A DNA stretch of 64,000 nucleotides from Sminthopsis crassicaudata (Eukaryota), in contig NC_133619.1 of the NCBI RefSeq assembly GCF_048593235.1, positions 649,738,558-649,802,557 of the forward strand, read 5' to 3'. A program made the position numbers and the translations under genes. The notes beneath the pieces were generated by a model. It did not search any database. It had not been told where the DNA came from and saw only the letters and a program-made list of their open reading frames with translations. Shown here one piece after another: positions 1 to 14,444 of this stretch. Numbering within the stretch: the stretch's first letter is position 1; each line of letters opens with the position of its first letter.

Positions 1-49
1 CATATCGCAGAGGCAGTCTCCCATCGTCTCCCTCTCTTTCGGTTCTCAG

Positions 50-3000
50 TACCGGGAGCGGGATTCCTTGGAGGCTGTGTTCACCTTCTGGGCGGCCTCC
101 GAGGCTGAGGCCTCTTTCCCACTGAGCCGCCTGTGGGACACTCGACTCAGAGGTTACTTGGGCTCCCGCTACGATGCCCGAATCGGGGTCAGCGACTGGG
201 ACTTGCATATGAAGCTGCATGACCGAGGGGTGAGCCACCTGGACTTGAGTTCCTTGGGAAGCTTGTGGGAGAGAAAACTACCATTTCCAGCGGGCTGCAG
301 GGAGTATTGTTGAAAGGCCCCCCTATGCTTCTCCCAAATGATGTTGGGAAATGGAGTTTTAGGCACCTCTGCATGGGAGCATCTGGCAGATGAAGGGTAA
401 AGATTAGGAGATTGATCACCTGAAGAGAAGGTTCGGAGGATTGCTGGGTCCTTGAGCTCCTCTGTCTCTCAGGCCCGGGTCATCAACAGCCGAGAGTTTC
501 GTCGCTGGCGGGAGACCAGTGTGGCCTTCGAGATTCGGGATGCTTCGGCCTATCAGCTCCCAAATCGGACTCTAGCGTCAGGACGCCTGATGAGCCATGT
601 GCGTGCTTTAGGCTCCCTGCCCATCTCTTGGCTCTGGGGGATGCAGACTTCTCTCCCAAGGGGTCCCACTCGCCGTTGTCCCTTTCTAGCCTTTGATAAC
701 CCAGTAATGGACCCTACTCACCACCTCAGGGGACTGTGGGAGTCTAACCTTAACCCAGTCTACCACCTCACCGGAAATTGGAAAGTTGTGGCTTCTGGGC
801 ACTTAGGACTTCTCGGGAATCCTGGTCTGCCCAGTCCCTCAGTCCTGTATTTCAGGAGATGTGGGACTTCAGGTTCCCAGCCCTTTGTCCCCAGGGTCCC
901 AGCAGCCCCCCTTCCAAGCTTCTGACATTTGAGGGTTTGAGTGTCCTTTTCTCAGTCTCCTGGGGGACCCAGATTTCCACAAATTGATCCATGTCTCTCC
1001 CCCAACCTCAGCGAGGGGAGCGTGTGGCTGTGCGAGGCTACTGGGGGGACGTGGCTACCGGGCCTTTCGTGGCCTTTGGCATCGAGTCTGACGATGAGAG
1101 TGTCTTGAAGAGCCGCAACGGAACCCCTGTTAAGGTGCCCAGGGAGCCCCATCTCTGACCTTCTCCCCTCCACCTCCCGGCCTTCTCCTTTTCTCTTGCT
1201 CTTTCCCGGGCCTTGACCTGGGCAGACCTAAGGTCTCCCTGACTCCCCATCTCTTTGGCCGCGATTGGCTCTCCCCCGCAGTTTCCATCTCTCGCCCTCA
1301 GCGTCTCTGGCTTTCCTCCTTTCGCTTTGACTTGGGGTTGTGTCTGGGCCTCGGGTTGTCTGGTCCAAGTATCTCTTCAGTTTCCTCCGGAAGACTCCAG
1401 GTCCCATTTCCATTTATAACGCGCTACTCCCGAAGTCTGCCCCTTCTCGGCCTCTCCCCACCTCCCTCCAACTGCTCCACTCCACAGCTCCGCCCATTTC
1501 TCCAGGCTCCGCCCACATGTCCTGCTCGTCCCTCCCACAGTGCGCGGGTGAGATCTCCCTGCACAACGTGACCTCGCTGTTTCGAAGCCTAGTGGCTGCG
1601 GAGGAGGTGGTGTCTGGGGCCGAAGCTGAAACCGAGGCCGAGGCCGGGGCCCCAGAGTCTGGTGAGAGGGGCAGGAGGCTCCAAAACTTTCCTCCTCCTC
1701 AGAACCAGTCGCTCTTTTAGTCTCCTTAACTCTGAGTCTTCCCTCCCCTCTCTCCCACTCAGGGCTCTTTAAAACCATCTGGATTCCCAGAGGGGAAACT
1801 GAGGCCAATAGGAGGGGGATAGGAGTCCTCCCAAGGACTAGGGGCAGGGAAAGGGAAAGTTCCTCACCTGAGGGAAGGGCCCGGAGGCCCCTGTGCTTGT
1901 GTGTGTAACAGCCAGGGCAGGAAAGGCCGCCCCTGGCCAGTCCTCTGACTCCTCTTCCTGGCACTGGGTGCCCCCCTCTCTTTCCCCGTCTTCTTCACCT
2001 TCAGACCCGGCGGGCTCCAGACCTTTCCGGGTGCATTTCCTGCCCCTGGGGGCCGCCCCGACCCTGCACCAACGAAAGCGCTACAGCAGCCGCTTCCACC
2101 TTCTCTACGTGTCCTGCGGGTAACTGAGGGCTCGTTCCCCCGCGCCCCTGGCCCAGGTCACCTCAGGGGTCCCCAAGTTTCTCCCCCACTGAAGCTGACT
2201 CTTTTCCTTGGTCCCAGGCGTCCTGAACCGTGAGCCCCTTTCCCCTCCCTCTACCAGAAGGAATCTTGATCCCTCAAACCTCACTCCAGTTCTCCCTCGG
2301 ACCCAGGCGTCCTGCCTCATCCAGGCCTCTCCTCCTTAGACTCGGGAATTTTGAGCCCCCAGTTTTCTGTTCAGGGACTCAGGAGTAAACCAACCCCTTC
2401 CTCTCCGGGATTGCGTCATCCCGATTTCCAACCCCTCCGACAGAGACTCAGGAGCAGATCCCCAGCCCTCTTCTCCAGGAAAGGGGGGCACCTTGATTGT
2501 TTCAGTCCCTCCTCCCTCAGGGACAAAAGGACACGCACTGATTCCCCACCGCCCCGTCCTCCCGCGGGACCTAAGAGCTCTGCCCTTTCCTTCCCGGGAC
2601 CCCAGGAGTCCCGGCTCCCCAGACCTCTCCCCCAGTGACCTAAGCCCTGGTGTTCCGCCCTTCATGCCCCAGGGATCCCGAACTAAAATGCGCCTCGAGG
2701 AATCTGGGAACACGTTGTCCAGCTCTCTGATCCTGGGCTCTTCCTCTCTGCAGGATGGTCCATCAGCTGAGCCCGGAGCTCGGGGCCTGCGTGGCTCCCG
2801 GGGGACGCTTGGTTGTGGAACTGGCCAGGTGAGCGCTGTCCGCGCGGCCTGGGTGCTGAAGGTGCGGGCCCCGCTCGGGAGCCCTGACCTTCCCATCTGT
2901 CCTTAGGTACCTTGTGGATCTGCGCCCTAACCAGCTAGAGAGTTTCTGTGATCGCGTCCGAGAGCTGGCTGAAGCTGCTGGCTTCGCACCGGAGTCCCAC

Positions 3001-4035
3001 GAGGGTCCCCCCGAAACCTTCGCGCGCTTCTCTCGGAAGCCCCAGCCAGAAGGGGAGGCCCCGAGTGTTGGTCAGAAGACCAAAGCCCCGCCCCTTGAGA
3101 AGACTAATACCGATATTTTAACCCCGCCCCCTGATGCCCCAGAACCCGCCCCCTCTGAAATTCAGAGCCCATCCTCCCAGGCTGATGCTCCTGGAACACT
3201 GACCCCGCCTCCTAGGGTCTCTGAGCCCGCCCCCTCCGAAATTCAGAGCCCATCCCCCCAGGTTGATGCTCCTGGAGCGCTGACCACACCTCCCAGGGCT
3301 TCTGAGCCCGCCCCTTCTGAAATTCAGGGCCCATCCTCCCAGGCGGATGCTCCTGGAACACTGACCCCGCCTCCTAGGGTCTCTGAGCCCGCCCCCTCCG
3401 AAATTCAGAGCCCATCCCCCCAGGTTGATGCTCCTGGAGCGCTGACCACACCTCCCAGGGCTTCTGAGCCCGCCCCTTCTGAAATTCAGGGCCCATCCTC
3501 CCAGGCTGATGCTCCTGGAGCGCTGATCCCGCCTCCCAGGGCCTCTGAGCCCGCCCCCTCTGAAATTCAGAGCCCATCCTCCAGTGCCGAAGCTCCTGGA
3601 GCACTGACCCCGCCTCCCAGGGCTTCTGAGCCCGCCCCTTCTGAAATTCAGGGCCCATCCTCCCAGGCGGATGCTCCTGGACCGCTGACCCCGCCTCCTA
3701 GAGCTTCTGAACCTGCCTCCTTTGAAATTCAGAGCCCATCCTCCAGTGCCGAAGCTCCTGGAGCACTGACCCCGCCTCCCAGGGCTTCTGAGCCCGCCCC
3801 CTCTGAAATTCAGAGCCCATCCTCCAGTGCCGAAGCTCCTGGAGCACTGACCCCGCCTCCCAGGGCTTCTGAGCCCGCCCCCTCTGAAATTCAGAGCCCA
3901 TCCTCCAGTGCCGAAGCTCCTGGAGCACTGACCCCGCCTCCCAGGGCTTCTGAGCCCGCCCCCTCTGAAATTCAGAGCCCATCCTCCAGTGCCGAAGCTC
4001 CTGGAGCACTGACCCCCGCCTCCCAGGGCTTCTGA
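50..4035 (+). CDS. DNAAF3: Dynein axonemal assembly factor 3, 3' part (5' exons lie left of the window). Exons 50-229, 473-598, 1012-1134, 1541-1661, 2005-2119, 2754-2828, 2907-4035 (to 4525 if the extra C at 4013-4017 is removed)
   Basis: All exons have AG/GT boundaries with consistent phases. Translation ([19 protein letters not shown]; [25 protein letters not shown]; FRVHFLPL; [20 protein letters not shown]) matches DNAAF3 as recalled. It lies directly upstream of TNNI3, as in human. Confidence 0.93.
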
Positions 4036-4210
4036 GCCCGCCCCCTCTGAAATTCAGAGCCCATCCTCCAGTGCCGAAGCTCCTGGAGCACTGACCCCGC
4101 CTCCCAGGGCTTCTGAGCCCGCCCCCTCTGAAATTCAGAGCCCATCCTCCAGTGCCGAAGCTCCTGGAACACTGACCCCGCCTCCCAGGGCCTCTGAGCC
4201 GGCTCCCTAT
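3120..4210 (+). repeat. Coding minisatellite, 81-bp unit (27 aa, [27 protein letters not shown]), about 13 copies, in the DNAAF3 last exon
   Basis: Direct 81-bp periodicity visible in both DNA and translation. Confidence 0.95.
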
Positions 4211-4702
4211 GGCATTCTTGGACCAGCCACCAGCCCAGAAGTAGCGGGCATGCGGGGCCCTCCCCTTGGCCATGTGCCTCGCCCCTCAAAGGCTCGGAGC
4301 CTGCCTCCAGATGCGGAGCCAGGGCCTTCTGGAATTTTGGCTCCGCCCCCTGGGCACTCCGCCCCCGCCCTCCCGGGCGTTCCGGGACCTGCCAAGGGTC
4401 CTGATGATCTTGGAATGTCCTCTGGGGAATCCGGTGCCCCTTCTAACCCAACACTGACCCCACCTTCGGCATTTCCGAACCCTTCCCCCGACGACTCTGG
4501 CTCCAGATCGCGAGGCTCAGACTAAGCCGCCGAATTCTAGAGGGGACCCCTTGGTCCCCGAATTCTCCAGTTTCTCCTAGGCCCCTGCCCCTTCCCCTCC
4601 ACCCCACGGCTATTTTGGCCCCAGGATTCTTTCTCATCGCGTCCCCCTGGATTTCTGGGGCTCGTAGTTCCCTGTCCGTCCCAGGGAGTCAGAACTTGTT
4701 GG

Positions 4703-4708
4703 AATAAA
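4703..4708 (+). terminator. Polyadenylation signal of DNAAF3
   Basis: AATAAA about 180 nt after the 4525 stop codon. Confidence 0.7.
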
Positions 4709-4966
4709 GAATCGGACCCCATCAACTGTCTGTTATCTGGGAGAGAGCAGCACATCGCCACCGCCTTAAGGACAGGGGTGTCGGGACTCCTGGGTCCCCA
4801 AGAACAATGGCTCAGGGGCTCAGGATGCCTTGCTTCCAGAGGGCGGAGAGTCTAGGTCCCATGTCCGGGTCTTTGAAAGGAATGTGCTAGAGAGCCAGCC
4901 CAGTTTAGGAGACTTGAATAGGTGGGGGTTCAAGGGACCTCGGTTCTGGAGAATCAAAACGGGGAG

Positions 4967-5286
4967 TCCCCAAGGGAGAAAGGGCTGGGGACTAGGAGAG
5001 GGTCCCCAAGGGAGAAAGGGCTGGGGACTAGGAGAGGGCGCCCAAGGGAGAAAGGGCTGGGGACTAGGAGAGGGTCCCCAAGGGAGAAAGGGCTGGGGAC
5101 TAGGAGAGGGTCCCCAAGGGAGAAAGGGCTGGGGACTAGGAGAGGGCGCCCAAGGGAGAAAGGGCTGGGGACTAGGAGAGGGTCCCCAAGGGAGAAAGGG
5201 CTGGGGACTAGGAGAGGGTCCCCAAGGGAGAAAGGGCTGGGGACTAGGAGAGGGTCCCCAAGGGAGAAAGGGCTGGGGACTAGGAG
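4967..5286. repeat. 36-bp G-rich minisatellite, about 9 copies, between DNAAF3 and the TNNI3 promoter
   Basis: Unit CCCCAAGGGAGAAAGGGCTGGGGACTAGGAGAGGGT repeated in tandem. Confidence 0.95.
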
Positions 5287-5471
5287 GAAGAGGCTCGGCT
5301 CCAGATGGGATGGGGCTGGGGGCCTGCGTTGTTGAGGGACTAGGGGAGGCCCCTTAGGGTGGCCGAGAACTTTCCGAGGACCCCTGGGCCCCTGAGGGAG
5401 GAGGGGCTGGTGCGTCAGGATTCTTGGCTCCTGTGGACCTGAGGGAGGGACCTGCCAGACTCGGGGCATCT

Positions 5472-5520
5472 CCCGCCCCCTCTGCGCCCCCTTATCTCCC
5501 CTGCGGTGGTATATTTAGCC
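5472..5520 (+). promoter_or_regulatory. TNNI3 proximal promoter: GC box, GATA site and A/T-rich MEF2/TATA-like element
   Basis: CCCGCCCC at 5472-5479, CTTATCT (reverse GATA) at 5491-5497 and GTATATTTAG at 5509-5518, about 110 nt before the ATG. Same architecture as the known cardiac TnI promoter. Confidence 0.75.
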
Positions 5521-5623
5521 TCCGCTCGGCTTTTGTCACACACTGTCCCCAGAGGAGCCCGAGGAGATCAGAGGCTAGCGGACCCCAGCCCCCCAAGGTC
5601 ATCCCGGAGACTCCTCTGACAAC

Positions 5624-9460
<3,837 letters not shown>

Positions 9461-9507
9461 TGGGCCGCAGCCTCCCTCTGGCAAACCTGGGCCCACGCCC
9501 AGCCTTG

Positions 9508-9513
9508 AATAAA
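9508..9513 (+). terminator. Polyadenylation signal of TNNI3
   Basis: AATAAA 48 nt after the stop codon. Confidence 0.85.
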
Positions 9514-11116
9514 ATTCTCTCTGAGTCAGGTCCCTAGTGTTTGTCTGACGAAGTCCCCTGGGGACCAGAGGGGAGGGGAGCCTGGGCACGAAGTTCCAGG
9601 TGCTTCCGGAGGGTCAGTGTCTGATCCAGGAAACAGATGAAGAAACGATGATCTCGGGTCCCTCATGTCTGAGAGGCTGTCCTTTATTGGCCTTGTGATC
9701 CTGGTCAAGCCGGTTCCTTCCCAGTCTCTGAGCCTCAGTTTATCCACCTGTAAAAATGAGGATTGTACCCAATGATCTCATCCCAGCTTGTCACTGTGAG
9801 ATCTTCTGCAGGCAACTCCCCAGCCGGGAGCCCCTTCCTTCCCTAAGAGAGGGCTCAGGTGTTGACGGAAGGAGTCTGAGAGCTTGTTGGGGGCAGACCC
9901 TGAGCTAAGATACAAACCCCCACGTGGCCGCTCCTGCCCCGTTACATTCCCCTAGCACCCAGGAGCACTTCTGAGCCGATACAGAAGGGAGGTGAGATAA
10001 GTACTGGTGAGGGGCTGGGACAGAACTGGAAAGTTCCTTTGAGAGAAGAGGAAGGACATTCCCGGCAAAGGCTGGGAGCGGGGAACGTCTGTGTGGGGGC
10101 ACTGGGACACAGGCTTACTGGAGAGTGGCGCTCAGGAGCGGCGACCTGGCCCAATCTGGGAAAGGCCCCGCGTGTCCCCAGGACCCACTGACCAGAGCTC
10201 ACCTGGCACTCTGTCGGTCCCCTGGCTTGGACTCTGTGATCCTGGTCTAGGTTTTGGGGCAGAGCGGAGCCCCTGACCTGAAGCCAGAGGAGGACCCGGG
10301 TCCCGGTCCCAGCCCTCCGCCCCCTCCCTGGGGAGCCTCTGGGCGGGGCTGCCTCTGTAATGTGAGGGGGTCCCAGCCAGTCATCTCCACGGGCCTTTCC
10401 AGCTCTGTCAGTAGTTTTATTTAGGCCCCAGCAAAGCTCGATGGAGCATCGGTTACTGAGCTCTGGCCCAGAGGGAGGAGATCTGGGATTCTGGCCCAGG
10501 GCCAGAGCGATGGGGGGCATGGGGGGCACGGCTTCGGGCTGGGGACTGTCCTGGCTCTGATCACCCTGCCACCTCGTGCCAGGATGCCCTCCTCCCCACA
10601 CCTGTCATCTCCATTTAGGATCTGATGTCACCAGACGGAAATTTTGATGGGAGACAAAGCGGGGGGGTGGGGTGGAGGGAACAGGAGACAATGACAGGAA
10701 CAAACAAGTGGATAGAGACAGAGAAATGGAGAAATAGAACAACAAGGGGAGATGGAGACAATAAAAAAGCACAGAAATACATTCACGGTCTGTTGAAGGA
10801 ACTGGGAACGTTTAGCCTGGAGAGACTGGGGTGCCGGGGGAGAGGACTATCTGGTAGAAGAGGAATTAGCTCTCTTCCCTTTGGCCACAGGACTAAGCAA
10901 TGGGTACAATAGGCCTGATGTTAGGAAAACTCAGTTGCAGAGAGCCAGAGTGGAGGAGGCTTCCGCCTCGACTTCCACTAGAGACTGATGGAGGGATTGA
11001 GTTTGTAGGAGAGGAGCAATCATTGGTCAGGTGTGTGTTGGGCTACAGGGTCACAGAGAGATCATTCGACTTAAAAATCTGAGACGAACCTAGAGAAAAG
11101 AGAAGGAAATGGGGAA

Positions 11117-11340
11117 AAGGAGAGACTGAGAGAGAGAGAAAGAGAGAACGAGAGACCGAGAGAGTGAAGGAGAGACTGAGAGAGAGAGAAAGAGAGAACG
11201 AGAGACCGAGAGAGTGAAGGAGAGACCGAGAGAGAGAGAAAGAGAGAACGAGAGACCGAGAGAGTGAAGGAGAGACCGAGAGAGAGAGAAAGAGAGAACG
11301 AGAGACCGAGAGAGTGAAGGAGAGACTGAGAGAGAGAACA
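11117..11340. repeat. GA-rich 50-bp tandem repeat, about 4.5 copies
   Basis: AAGGAGAGAC(T/C)GAGAGAGAGAGAAAGAGAGAACGAGAGACCGAGAGAGTG periodicity. Confidence 0.85.
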
Positions 11341-12362
11341 AGAGCGCAAAGGTCAGATGGGGGGCGAGACTACGGGGACATAGAATCTTTTAAAGCACTT
11401 CTTCGGTGTCAGGTCCTGGGCTGGTCCCCAGGGATGAAAAGGCAAAAGTCTTCCCTCCAGGAGCTCACGGCTAATGGACGAGAACAAACACGGGTCACAC
11501 AAGTGATGTCGTTTTGGGGGTGATCTTGGAATTGGGGAGGGGGCACAAGGTGGGATTGAAGGTGGAGGGCAGCAGGGAGAGCATTCGGGCATGGGGGACA
11601 ACCGGCGCAAAGGAAGGGGGCTGGGAAAACCAAATGTCCTGCACAAGCAATAGCAAGGAGGTCATTTGGGTCATCCAGTGTGTGGAGGAGAGTAAAATGG
11701 GACACTGGAAAGGGGTGTGTGTACATAGGGGGAAACTAAGGCTGGGAGCGGCTTTAAGAGTCAAATAGGATTATTTCCCTTTCGATCCTGAAGGTACTAA
11801 GGAGGCACTGGCATGGGGCTGGGGGTGGGGAGAGAATGAGAGAGAGCCCGAGACACAGAGAAGAGAGAGAGAGAGACAGACCTGCCCTTTAGAAACATTG
11901 CTTTGTTAGATGAGTAGAGGAGGAGGAGGGAAAGACTTGAATCCAGGAAAGGGGCCTGCACAGGGGTAGGGGGCTGTGGACCCGGGTAAGGGAAAGGGGG
12001 GCTCTGGGAGTATAGAGAAGGGAACCAAGAAAGGCGAGGGGAAGGGGAAGGAAGGAACACGGGAGGGAGAGAAGAGAAAGGAAGGAAAGACAGAGACTGG
12101 GACCGATGGAGACACAGACACTGAGAAATCCAAAGGCAGAAACACAAGAATAAAAAGGAAAGGATTCAGGGGGGAAATCCCTCCTTTCCCTCTCCCCACC
12201 ACACAGCAGCGTTGGAAAGACGGCCAACAAGAAGGCAGGAAGGGTCCGGGCAGGCCGAGGGGAGCCAGGAGTCAGCCAGGGTGAAGGGAGGAGGAGCCCC
12301 TGGCGGCCCTGCCTCAGAGACCCCAGCATATCTTGGGAGGTTCCCCTCCCCCAGGCTGAGGC

Positions 12363-12451
12363 TATAAAGCACTTGATTCTCTGTCCCTGACTCACAGCAA
12401 CTGTTCCAGCTTCAGGCAAACCCTTGCTCTTTACTGAAGCCTCAGCCCCAG
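12363..12451 (+). promoter_or_regulatory. Putative TNNT1 TATA box and non-coding exon 1
   Basis: TATAAA at 12363-12368 and a donor CAG|GTAATG at 12451/12452. TNNT1 exon 1 is non-coding in human. The transcription start is not demonstrable from sequence. Confidence 0.5.
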
Positions 12452-12784
12452 GTAATGGAGCCTCCCCCTCCCTGACCCTTCCCCAAGCCTCCCCACCGAG
12501 GAGCTGGGACCTTGTGCAGATAGAGAGAAAGGGAGACTGAGGCCAGAGAGGGAGCCCCCCCCCACCTCCCCTCCAGGGAAAGGCAGGGATGTGGCGGGCT
12601 GGGAGTGAAGGGAAATGAGCTAGTGGTTAGAGCTGCCCCAAAGGGAAGGGGATCGCCCGGAACCAGGGAGCGTGCTGGGAGAGCTTCAAATAACCACGGG
12701 AGATAGTCCATTTGTGTTCTTCATTCCTGTTTAGGAAAAGGTTGGAGCGACTGGTCTCGGAGCCCTTCCAACTCTGAGATCCAG

Positions 12785-13690
12785 AGGATGGGAGACAGAA
12801 AAAGAGAGACATGGGGAGATAGAGAAAGTGAGGGGGGAGCTCCAGAGACAGAGACACAGACAAGGAGAGATGGACAGACACAGGGAGAGAGATAGAGAGG
12901 GGACAGAGACAAGGGGAGATGGACACAGGGAGAGATAGAGAGGGGACAGAGACAAGGGGAGATGGACACAGGGAGAGAGAGGGGGGACAGAGACAAGGGG
13001 AGATGGACACAGGGAGAGAGAGAGGGGACAGAGACAAGGGGAGATGGACACAGGGAGAGAGAGAGGGGACAGAGACAAGGGGAGATGGACACAGGGAGAG
13101 AGAGAGGGGACAGAGACAAGGGGAGATGGACACAGGGAGAGAGGGGGGAGGCAGAGACAAGGAGAGATGGACATGGAGAGAAACAGAGAGAGGAGGCAGA
13201 GACAGGGAGAGATAGGGGACAGAGACAAGGAGAGATAGACATGGAGAGAGATAGAGAGAGGGGGCAGAGACAGGGAGAGAGAGGGGAGAAAAAGAGAGAT
13301 GGACACAGGGAGAGAGACAGAGAGGAGAGAGAGACAAGGGGAGAGACAAGGAGAGATAGACATGGAGAGAGACAGAGAAAGAGACAGAGAGGGGACAGAG
13401 ACAAGGAGAGATGGACATGGAGAGGTGGGGCAGAGACAACGGGAGAGATAAGGAGAGATGGACAGACACAAGGACAGAAGCACACATGGGGGGACAGAGA
13501 CAAAGTGACAAACAGTGAGAGAGACAAAGGGAGATTACAGGGAGAGAGAAGCTCAAAGGACAGACACACATACAAGGACAGAGACAGAGAGACAGACACA
13601 GAGATAAAGAGAGACAGGCATGGACAGAGATGGACAGAGACAGACAAATAGAGACAGAAAAAGGCAAAGGGGCAGTGAGAGAGACAATGA
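12785..13690. repeat. GA-rich low-complexity tract with 41-43-bp subrepeats, TNNT1 intron 1
   Basis: GGGGACAGAGACAAGGGGAGATGGACACAGGGAGAGAGA units at about 12897-13160 within an almost pure purine strand. Confidence 0.85.
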
Positions 13691-14444
13691 TGTTGCAGAA
13701 TTGCAGAGCGCCATAAATAGGGACAGATACACACACACCGGGAGAGAAGGGATTAGATGAGACACGATTTACAGTAAGAGTGGGGGGCTTGAACAGTTGA
13801 GAGGAAACCTACTCATTTGTTGAAATCCAAGAGAAATGGGTGAGGGTGAGGAGTGGGGGTGGGGAGGGGGAACAAGACTGCTTTCCAGGAACCTTCTTTT
13901 CTAGTATTATTGCCTTAACGATGACCTTGGAAAATTCCATTCCCTCCTTAGGCCTCAGTTTCTCTATCTGTAAAACTCCAGAAGGGGAGCCCAAACTTCT
14001 AATTGGGCTTCTAAGAATATGAGCCTGGGATGGGTTGGGGATGGTCCGAGAGAAGTCTTAAGGTCAGGGTTTGGGGAGAGGAGCCAAGGGCAGTTGTGAG
14101 TCAGGGCCTATGGGTAACTCTATCCTTATTCGGACACATCGCTGGCCTTGGCCCTGGCCCGAGACCCCCAGAAATAGCTTCTGACAGGATAGGAGTGGGA
14201 ACTGGGGGCGGCTATTGTTTGTCCCAAGAATGCCCAGGGATAATCTCCCCGATCGGGTTCCTTCCCATCCCCCACTGTCCTGAGACCAAAAGACAGGTGG
14301 TGGGGCTGGTGGGGGGAAGGGCCCCGAGCACCGCCCCCTCCACCCCGCTCCATCACTTCAGTGGGCCCATGGGTCAGCAGCTCCCACCCCTCGGGGACAT
14401 GAGCACGCCTGTCCTTCCATCTTTTTTCCCAGGCTCCTCCGACA

